From contig CAVZPM010000036.1 of NCBI GenBank assembly GCA_963777155.1, positions 32,001 to 96,000 on the forward strand: 64,000 bases of DNA. Reading direction: 5' to 3'. The translations under genes and the position numbers were made by a program. Position 1 is the first letter of the stretch. Every line of letters starts with the position of its first letter. Below are positions 51,341 through 59,396 of this stretch, in pieces. This DNA is from Candidatus Bathyarchaeota archaeon. Its GTDB lineage: Archaea; Thermoproteota; Bathyarchaeia; Bathyarchaeales; Bathycorpusculaceae. The notes beneath the pieces are model-generated. The model had not been told where the DNA came from, searched no databases, and saw nothing but the letters and a program-made list of their open reading frames with translations.

Positions 51341-52369
51341 TTGGAGCTCACGAAATTACTCATCGTCATAGCAACAGTAGTAATGCTTACAATGCCTACT
51401 TCTGTGATAAGGGGTCAATCCGTCAGTTCAACAAGTTCATCCCAACTTCAGAATTGCACCTGGTTAGACCCAAGTGATGAAGGGTTACAATTATTGAAAG
51501 CAAAACCTTCAGTTTGGCAAGCGACTGCAACCAGATTGGAGAGCGCAAATATTTATTGCATCATTGTTTGGGCGGGACGGTGGAATTCAGATCACATAAT
51601 TGACTATGCTGAATCGCCAACTGTATGGAAACAGTTCATAAACACTGTTAAAGCGGTAAACCCCAACTTTGTGGTTCTTGCCCTTGTCAATGGTTGGGGC
51701 ATCGATATCAGTGACTCCGCTTACAGAGAAACGATGCTCAATGCTGTTGAGCAACTTATGTCTTCTGCGCCTTTCGATGGCATAAACGATGACTTGGAGG
51801 ATTTTAAAGGAACAAACGAGAATTTGATTGATTATTGGCAAGCAGAAGCAAGCTTGATAAAAGGCTTGGACAAAATAGCCACAGTTGACCTTGGAGTAGA
51901 TTGGCCTTACACAATTGAAGAAGTCTACCCTTATCTAACAAATTTTGATTACCTTATGCCGATGTTCTATGGAAAGATACAAGACACATATTCTCTAAGC
52001 TATTGGGACAGGATTTTATCTAATTCTCCCGTACCGGTAATCATGGGACTTGACGTTGACCCATCAGATATGAACAATTTTTCTATGTCACAACAGTTAA
52101 GTTGGATAGACCAAGCATTGAACAGCAGTTCACATCCTAACCTGGCAGGGTTTGCAATCTGGTCATACGATTTTTGGGGCACTTCAGAAGGAACAACTAA
52201 TGATTTTGCAGCATGGATCAATTGGCCAACAAAAGGTTTTGCGCCGTCGCCAATCCTCAAGCCCTGGGATATTGCAGCAATAACTTTAGTTGCAGTCACC
52301 ATAGTTGCCGTTGCCATAGCTTTGTTATATAAGAAAAGGGCAAAACCCAGAGCAGTAATGGCAAAGTGA
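51341..52369 (+). CDS. Membrane-anchored GH18-like glycoside hydrolase
   Basis: FDGINDDLE (cf. FDGxDxDxE), DYLMPMFY, GFAIWSYD; signal peptide, C-terminal TM plus KKR. Confidence 0.75.
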   Translation: MELTKLLIVIATVVMLTMPTSVIRGQSVSSTSSSQLQNCTWLDPSDEGLQLLKAKPSVWQATATRLESANIYCIIVWAGRWNSDHIIDYAESPTVWKQFINTVKAVNPNFVVLALVNGWGIDISDSAYRETMLNAVEQLMSSAPFDGINDDLEDFKGTNENLIDYWQAEASLIKGLDKIATVDLGVDWPYTIEEVYPYLTNFDYLMPMFYGKIQDTYSLSYWDRILSNSPVPVIMGLDVDPSDMNNFSMSQQLSWIDQALNSSSHPNLAGFAIWSYDFWGTSEGTTNDFAAWINWPTKGFAPSPILKPWDIAAITLVAVTIVAVAIALLYKKRAKPRAVMAK

Positions 52370-52541
52370 AATACAGCTATTCTTGAAACACAAAAAACAG
52401 CACAACACGGTGAAAAATTTGCATCGTCACTCTTTTCAGTCTAATAGACGTGTTATCCTCTAACATTTTGCTATTGAAAATTTATTCGATTGAAAAATTT
52501 AAATATAGATTTAGTTCTAAGAAAACAGTGGAGAAGAGAAA

Positions 52542-52847
52542 ATGCGAGAACCAATTAAACAGGTTAACAATTTTTCAAATAAACCTGAAAATTCTGACAA
52601 CTTGCATAGCTCCAAAAAGGAAGATATATTGAGTCTTCTTGAAATCGTAACTGGAAAAATGAAAGTTTTAGAAGATAAGAAAGATACTGTGAATCTTCTT
52701 GAAGCCTTATCCCAAAGAGCGAAATTCTTGAAAAACGAAGAACATAATCTTATTGACATAGAAAAGAACAACTGTATTTATGAAAATAGTTGTTACACAG
52801 CAAAAAATAAGAATAGCCCGTGCCCCTGCGAACTCTACAGAATATAA
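52542..52847 (+). CDS. Small coiled-coil hypothetical protein
   Basis: 101-aa ORF; 3' part uncertain. Confidence 0.5.
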   Translation: MREPIKQVNNFSNKPENSDNLHSSKKEDILSLLEIVTGKMKVLEDKKDTVNLLEALSQRAKFLKNEEHNLIDIEKNNCIYENSCYTAKNKNSPCPCELYRI

Positions 52848-52953
52848 GAAATGTTGACAATCAGTTAGCCGTAGTATCTAAATATTAGTTCTTTGTGCAG
52901 GAAAACGTTTTATTATTTCAAAGCTCCGCTTAAAGTGGCAGGTTCAATTACAA

Positions 52954-53154
52954 ATGAAACTAAATTGGATTATCACTCTTCTTGCAGTATTATTCTTTTT
53001 TGCGGTAGGCTTTCTGATACTATATGATAATTACACTCGAGTTGGAATCTGGTTTCAGTTGTCGGACCTTCATCACGAGACTTTTGCTATGTTTTCCTTT
53101 GCACTTGCTGTAGGGATACTCATAGGTGCAATCATCGTAACCATCAAGAAATAG
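52954..53154 (+). CDS. Small 2-TM membrane protein
   Basis: Two TM segments around W.Q..DLHHET. Confidence 0.7.
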   Translation: MKLNWIITLLAVLFFFAVGFLILYDNYTRVGIWFQLSDLHHETFAMFSFALAVGILIGAIIVTIKK

Positions 53155-53184
53155 AGTTGCAAGCATTAAAATCGCGAAATAATT

Positions 53185-54885
53185 TTGTTTTTTGCTGAAA
53201 GGTCTATCGGAACGAGCAAGATTTCTGAAACATCTTGTGTTTATATCATCCACAAACTTAACTATAACATGCAATTTTGCCTTAAAAGGGGAGTTGTACA
53301 ACTCAAAAAGGCTAAATCAACTATAATTTTAATTTTGATCATAACTATGCTTACAGCATGTCTCCTTGCAACTTCAAGAGTTGTTTTAGGAAGTGTACCC
53401 GGCACTATTTCAATAACTTTCGACGACGGCATGCAGGACAATTACGATTATGCATATCCGTTGATGCAAGCTAGAGGCATCGTGGGAACGTTCTACGTCA
53501 TCACAGACACACTGAGCGATTTCTCACACAATAACACCTACCTAAGCATAACCGAACTTAAGACCATGCAAAACAGTGGCAACGAAATAGGCAGCCACAG
53601 CAAAAACCACCCAAATTTTACTAACTTAACTGACCAACAGATACGAGACCAATGCAGTATTTCCAAGCAGGTATTACAATCCAATGGACTTACAGTAAAT
53701 AACTTTGCTTATCCTGGGGGTGCCCACAACGCCCAGTCAGATTCTATCGTTTCTCAATATTATCGTTCTGGTCGAGGAACATTTGGAAACATCGCAACCT
53801 GCATAATGCATCCTCCCGTGTCTCAATGGTTCATTCCAGGATTCACAGGGGACACAGGCAGCACCTCAAATGTGTCGCGGCTAAAAAGTGCCGTTGACCA
53901 AATATGCGCAGCTAACGGGTGGGCAATATTCTATTTCCATTGTGTAAGACCAACCGTTACAAGTCCTTACATGATTAGCACGCAGGATTTTGCAAGCTTC
54001 CTTGATTATATCGTTTCAAAAGGTGTAACAACGGTGACCGTAAACCAAGGTTTGAACCTTGGTAAGCTCCCTACACCTGTGCCAACTCCATCGGCAACGC
54101 CAATTCCAACACCTAGTATGTCACCGACCCCTAGTCCAACTCCAATACCCTCACTGGTTCCAACTCCCACGTTAACACCCAGTCCCACACCGACTTCAAC
54201 TCCAACAATCACACCGACTCCATCACCTGATCCAACCCTATTGCCGACGCCATCACCCTCTCCATCTGAAGCTCCAACTCCTGCACCAACTCCAACTGAA
54301 ATATCTATTCCAGCAGTCACTCCTATTCCGACAACATTGCCTACTCCAATCCCTACTCCGACTCCGACAATAAAGGCGTCGCCTTCTCCGACTCCATTAG
54401 AAACAACCGTTAAAGCAACGACGGATAGTGGTTCAATAGTTGAGCTTGCAATCAGAGGAAACATTACTAGCTCACAGATGTCCAACGTTACCATAGCAAC
54501 AAACCAATCGTCCGCAACAACAGTAACTTTTACAGTAACAGGAGAAGGCGGTAACACAGGTTTTGGGAATGTTACAATTCCAAAGAGTCGGGTACCCTAC
54601 GGAGAGACATTGACAATTACCAGTCAAGGTCAACCAACTCAAGACCAAGGCTTCACACAGGACAATGACAACTACTACGTATGGTATTCAACCCATTTTA
54701 GCAAACATGAAATATCGATTGTTTTCACAACTCTCTCTAATTCGCCTAGCCCTTCAGTTTCTCCTAACCAGGTACAGTCAAGTTTACTTCAAGAAACAAT
54801 CTTTGGACTAGTTGCCGCGGCAGCTATTTTGATGATCCTTTCAGCTATTCTTTTATTAAGAAAAGCAAGAAAAAACCAACAATAG
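53185..54885 (+). CDS. Membrane-anchored polysaccharide deacetylase (NodB/CE4) + long PT linker + stalk domain + TM
   Basis: [25 protein letters not shown]; close paralog of the 45893 catalytic domain; true start probably ~53270-53310. Confidence 0.88.
   Translation: MFFAERSIGTSKISETSCVYIIHKLNYNMQFCLKRGVVQLKKAKSTIILILIITMLTACLLATSRVVLGSVPGTISITFDDGMQDNYDYAYPLMQARGIVGTFYVITDTLSDFSHNNTYLSITELKTMQNSGNEIGSHSKNHPNFTNLTDQQIRDQCSISKQVLQSNGLTVNNFAYPGGAHNAQSDSIVSQYYRSGRGTFGNIATCIMHPPVSQWFIPGFTGDTGSTSNVSRLKSAVDQICAANGWAIFYFHCVRPTVTSPYMISTQDFASFLDYIVSKGVTTVTVNQGLNLGKLPTPVPTPSATPIPTPSMSPTPSPTPIPSLVPTPTLTPSPTPTSTPTITPTPSPDPTLLPTPSPSPSEAPTPAPTPTEISIPAVTPIPTTLPTPIPTPTPTIKASPSPTPLETTVKATTDSGSIVELAIRGNITSSQMSNVTIATNQSSATTVTFTVTGEGGNTGFGNVTIPKSRVPYGETLTITSQGQPTQDQGFTQDNDNYYVWYSTHFSKHEISIVFTTLSNSPSPSVSPNQVQSSLLQETIFGLVAAAAILMILSAILLLRKARKNQQ
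54344..54530 (+). repeat. Left copy of ~187-bp inverted repeat, inside the deacetylase CDS
   Basis: Reverse complement of 59725-59912, identical except for one extra base there. Confidence 0.92.
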
Positions 54886-55284
54886 GCTGAATCTTCAAAG
54901 AACAATTGCTTTGAGTATAACATAATAAACACTCTAAACGGCATGTTCTCCTTGCACCTGTCAGAAATTTCTTCAGTGGTTTTGGGTTTTCCTGAAGCGG
55001 GGTTGCTTTGAACCTTCTTGCCCCTGGATACGCCGCCCGCAAAATTCATTTTGTTCTCTGTGTGTGGGTGTGGGGCTATAAAAATTTACACCACACTTGC
55101 GGTTTTGCAAAGGGTTGATTTTTTGGTTTGGACTGTTTTCCTCTTGTGGTTTATGTGTGGGAAGAGGGTTTAGCCCACACAGTCAACATAGAATTTATGT
55201 TGGAGTGTGTGGGTGTGAGTGTGGAGCCATGTTAGCGCTTCTATCTTGTGTCATGTGCCTGTTTTTCTTTCTGATTTTAAACTT

Positions 55285-55440
55285 TCTACCTTTACACGCT
55301 ATGACACTGGAAGCAACCAGGGAACACACCAGAACCAAAGACATCTTACACGTCATGAAATTACTCGGCAACAAAAACATCCAAAATACCCTATTATTCA
55401 GTCCCTACCTTTCAAGAACGACGAGTTCCATCCCTTCTGA
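55285..55440 (+). pseudogene. Decayed C-terminal fragment of a tyrosine recombinase/integrase
   Basis: ..EAT.EH.RTKDILHVMKLLGNKNIQNTLLF matches the HxxRH..AT...TKDI..V..LLGH.NI.NT..Y box; His->Asn, Tyr->Phe, frameshifts. Confidence 0.75.
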
Positions 55441-55775
55441 AGGGATAGTAAAATCATCTCAGGTTTTATCTTTAAAGAGAGGCGACTGGGATAGCTAGGC
55501 ATTCTTCGTTTTTGTTATTTTGTGGCAGGATACAGCTTGAGTATATTAAAGGACTATTACTGATTCGAAATATGATTCATATTTCTGTTTACCTCAGAAT
55601 GTAATTGTATTGTCTTGTTGGTGAGGATTAGTCGGGGAAGGCGTCTATGAGGGTATTGTCTCCTAGTGGACTCAAGGAGCGAATTAGTTGGTTTATCTAC
55701 GTTAAGTGGGGTAGCTGGCGCTGTTTTGAGTGTTTAAGTCTTGCTTTTTCGAGTGTTGATGGAGGAGAAATATAG

Positions 55776-58106
55776 TTGGGTCGGCGCTGGAAGCTGTTTC
55801 TTTGTGGGTTTGCATTTTGCTTGTTGGTTGTTACGTCTTTCTCAACGGTTCTTTCTGGGTCCTTGCAGGGTGCCGAGGGTGGTGTATCCCAAGCTGACTC
55901 TAGCTTGCAGGCTATAGGAGCGGAAGCTGTAGAAAATTTCACGATTGTGGTCTTGCCCGACACTCAGTTCTACAGTGAGAGTTACCCGGGGATATTTGAC
56001 AATCAGACTCAATGGATTGTTAATGAGCAAGAAAACTTGAATGTAGTATTTGTCACGCATGAAGGTGACATCGTGAATCAAAATGCGGTGGCTCAGTGGC
56101 AGAACGCGAATCGGAGCATGAGCAAGTTCGTTGATAATGTGGCTTGGGGGGTTTTACCCGGAAATCACGATGGCGCTGCCTCTGGTGGAAGCTTGACAAA
56201 CTATAACACATTTTTTGGTTATAGCCGATTTGCAGGTGAGATTTGGTATGGGGGCCACTACTTGAGCAGCAACGCGAACAATTATGAGTTGTTCTCAGGT
56301 GGAGGAGATGACTACTTGATTTTTCATTTTCAGTATCAACCAAGTGATGCAGTCTTGGCTTGGGCTAACAGCACAATAGTCGGCTATCCTGATAGGAGGG
56401 TGATTGTTGTGACTCATGATTATCTGAATGTGGATGGATCAAGGACAACTGAAGGCAATCACATATGGAGTAGTTTTGTTGCTCCTCATGCTGATCAGGT
56501 AATGCTTGTTCTTTGTGGTCACAACCATGGCGAAGCGAGACGAAGTGATACGGTAAACGGTTTTGTGGTTCCTCAGCTTCTGGCAGATTACCAAGCTGGG
56601 ACCAACGGTGGAAACGGTTTCTTGCGAATTCTTAAGTTCTGCCCCACTCAAGACAAGATATATGTTACCACGTTTTCACCATACCTCAACAGTTATGATA
56701 ATGACGCAGATAGCAAGTTTACATTGAATTATGATATGTCAGGGGGGTTTTTGGTAAGTCTGCAATCGCCCAATGATGCAATAACCACTTTGGATAATAT
56801 GCCTGATTTCAAATTTGTCGTTTCACATTCGAATCAGTTAACGTTTAATTGTTCTTTGTGGCTGCAGAATGCGTCTTACCAGGCCATTTTTGCCAGCAAG
56901 ATTAACTTAATTAACGGTTCGCTCACCACGGTAACGCCCGACTTGCCGATTCCAAACGGTAATTGGTTGTGGTGGATAAACTGCACCGACGGTTCCGCGA
57001 GCAGCATCAGCGATAAGAGAACAATTACCATCAATGTTTTCAGAGGAGACAAAACGTTTGTGGCTAGTTACGATGGCAGCACAAGGAATTATTGGCTTGA
57101 TTTGCCGGATAATTTTGACACCGCACGTTCAACGCCGCTTGTGTTCTATTTGCATGGTTATGGAGGCAGCAGGTATTCCTATTATCAACAGTTGCCTGTT
57201 CTTAGGCAGGTATTTCAGAATCACACCTGGATTGTTGTAGCTGTTGAATGCCGAGAAAAAAGCGGGTATGACGATTGGTACATTGAACAAACAAGAAGTG
57301 ACATTACAGATGTATTGAACCTACTTAGAAATGAGTATACAATAGATTCCAGCCATATACACGTCGTGGGAGCGAGCATGGGAGGAGGCGGAGCACTAAA
57401 GTACGCCATGTTCAACCCTCAAATTATCGCCAGTTTGGTCGACATATACGGAATAACCAATTTCACTAAATTCTACAATGACGACACCCAAAACCAGTTT
57501 ACTGCTTCGCTTAGGGCAGCTTACGGTGGAACACCCTCACAGGTCCCTCTGGTCTATGCAAACGAGAGTGCGCTGGGAAACGAAGTTCGCTTCCAACATA
57601 CACCCGTAATGATTATTCATGGATCCAGTGATCTAACAGTTAATGTTGCCCAATCGCGAGCACTTAACCAAAGCTTAAGCATACTTGGATACACCGTCAA
57701 GTACATCGAGGTGCCAGGAGCAGGTCACAGTGCATCAATTGTTAACGGCAGGGAAATGGTGATTTTCAACTGGCTTAACGATCATCCTATGGGAGGCAAT
57801 ACGCACCTTCTGCTCAACATTCAGCCAAACCAAGATACTTATACAAAAGGACAATCGTTAACCTTGGTTGTGACTGCGTTTAATGAGCATACCCCCGCTC
57901 TAGAGGGCATCTTAACGTTAGCTGTCACTGGAGCGAGCGAATATGGCTATTTTGATTTTCAAACAATAAACGTAACGTATGGCTCAGTTAGAGAGTACAG
58001 TTTCGATTGGAGTATTCCAGATGTAGCCGGAACCTACGTAGTGGAAGTCAGTCTGGTTCCAGCACAATTGACGGCGTATGACACAACATGGCTAAAGGTG
58101 AACTAA
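55776..58106 (+). CDS. Secreted metallophosphoesterase + Ig-like + alpha/beta-hydrolase + shared LTAYDxxW domain
   Basis: Calcineurin-like PDTQ, GDIV, PGNHD, VTH, GHNH; hydrolase HGYGG, GASMGG, HGSSD, GAGH. Confidence 0.88.
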   Translation: MGRRWKLFLCGFAFCLLVVTSFSTVLSGSLQGAEGGVSQADSSLQAIGAEAVENFTIVVLPDTQFYSESYPGIFDNQTQWIVNEQENLNVVFVTHEGDIVNQNAVAQWQNANRSMSKFVDNVAWGVLPGNHDGAASGGSLTNYNTFFGYSRFAGEIWYGGHYLSSNANNYELFSGGGDDYLIFHFQYQPSDAVLAWANSTIVGYPDRRVIVVTHDYLNVDGSRTTEGNHIWSSFVAPHADQVMLVLCGHNHGEARRSDTVNGFVVPQLLADYQAGTNGGNGFLRILKFCPTQDKIYVTTFSPYLNSYDNDADSKFTLNYDMSGGFLVSLQSPNDAITTLDNMPDFKFVVSHSNQLTFNCSLWLQNASYQAIFASKINLINGSLTTVTPDLPIPNGNWLWWINCTDGSASSISDKRTITINVFRGDKTFVASYDGSTRNYWLDLPDNFDTARSTPLVFYLHGYGGSRYSYYQQLPVLRQVFQNHTWIVVAVECREKSGYDDWYIEQTRSDITDVLNLLRNEYTIDSSHIHVVGASMGGGGALKYAMFNPQIIASLVDIYGITNFTKFYNDDTQNQFTASLRAAYGGTPSQVPLVYANESALGNEVRFQHTPVMIIHGSSDLTVNVAQSRALNQSLSILGYTVKYIEVPGAGHSASIVNGREMVIFNWLNDHPMGGNTHLLLNIQPNQDTYTKGQSLTLVVTAFNEHTPALEGILTLAVTGASEYGYFDFQTINVTYGSVREYSFDWSIPDVAGTYVVEVSLVPAQLTAYDTTWLKVN

Positions 58107-58171
58107 ATGAAACAAAACTATGTGTTTATTAGTTTGAAAATTTTGAAATTTCTTATTTCAGGTGTTAGCAT

Positions 58172-59278
58172 ATGATAAGAAATAGTCGGTTTGTTATTGC
58201 GTGCATATTGCTAGTTCTAGTAATCAGCTTGATTAGTTACTCGTATATTCACAACGTTAAAGCTTCGGTTCTATTCCAAGATGGATTTGAAACAGGAAAC
58301 TTTAACACTTGGGTTTTCAGCAACGGACAAATAACGAGCACTTATAAAAACTCGGGTAACTATGCAGCCTCTTTTACAGGTTGGCCTTGCTACTGCGAAA
58401 AAACCTACTCGGGATACACCCAACTTTACATGGGCTGCTACGCAATGATTTCCAGTCTTCCAAACACTGACAATGAAATTGCATTTCTATTCTTCTTTGA
58501 TAGCTCTTGGAACAAACACTCCGCTATCGGTTTCATAAACGATGGCGGAAAACTGGGTCTACAACTACATCAAATGGTTCCAAACGATGATTACCGTAGT
58601 TACTACTTCAATTTACAGACCTACACGTGGTACTGGGTAGAACTTGAATGTACAATAGCGAAATCTGGAGAAGCAAGAGTATGGCTCGATGGGAAAGAAG
58701 TAATGACCATCACCAATATTGACACATCAAATTGGAACATCAACTTACAACTCTTTGGTCCACAATACCAAGATAGTCAGCAGAAAACTGTATACCTTGA
58801 TGACTGCGTAATCTCATCAACCTACTATAACCCAACATCAAATCCTACACCGACACCTACAAACACTCCTGCACCTACGGCGTCACCAACAGCAACTCCA
58901 AGTCCAACGCAAAGTCCGAGCCCCACTCCTACAACCACGCCTACACCCACTCCAATATCTTCTCCTTCGCCCACACCAAAGCCATCCCCAACGCCAACTG
59001 CTACACCTACCCTTCCGCCTTCGGTACCTATGAAAAACTCGTTAAAAGTAGATTCTAACGTAACACTCACTGGAGCCGACCTAAGAAAAGTCAGCAGCAC
59101 ATCATACAACTTCTATATAACCATAGTTAAAAGCGGAACTAACCATATTAATGCTGAGATAGCTAAAACTATACTGCCTCAGGTCTCCTACCTCAGAGTT
59201 TACATAAACAATACAAACAAACCCTTCACTTATGTTAACCAAGGAGACAAATGGGTTATAGATGTCATAACAACATAG
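58172..59278 (+). CDS. Secreted protein: ConA/jelly-roll-like domain + PT linker + C-terminal beta domain, no TM
   Basis: Signal peptide, DGFETG..W, TWYWVEL, VWLDGKEV, YLDD. Confidence 0.8.
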   Translation: MIRNSRFVIACILLVLVISLISYSYIHNVKASVLFQDGFETGNFNTWVFSNGQITSTYKNSGNYAASFTGWPCYCEKTYSGYTQLYMGCYAMISSLPNTDNEIAFLFFFDSSWNKHSAIGFINDGGKLGLQLHQMVPNDDYRSYYFNLQTYTWYWVELECTIAKSGEARVWLDGKEVMTITNIDTSNWNINLQLFGPQYQDSQQKTVYLDDCVISSTYYNPTSNPTPTPTNTPAPTASPTATPSPTQSPSPTPTTTPTPTPISSPSPTPKPSPTPTATPTLPPSVPMKNSLKVDSNVTLTGADLRKVSSTSYNFYITIVKSGTNHINAEIAKTILPQVSYLRVYINNTNKPFTYVNQGDKWVIDVITT

Positions 59279-59396
59279 TCATTGAGCAATCTTAGCTAGT
59301 GCTTCCAAGATAGTGCTGGAGAAGAAAAAGAAGTCTACCCATTTCTGTTTTTTATTTATGGTATTAATAACTCTTAGAAATTCAATAAATGCTTGA

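Noticed and set aside
54070-54400. Repetitive ACNCCN tracts resembling an array (also 58830-59020)
   Set aside because: Degenerate codons of PT linkers; no constant repeat-spacer structure and no cas genes, so not CRISPR
54006-54557. Gly/Val-rich antisense ORFs (also 58825-59109, 59792-60061, 60986-61717)
   Set aside because: Mirror images of Pro/Thr linkers and Thr/Ser-rich domains on the coding strand
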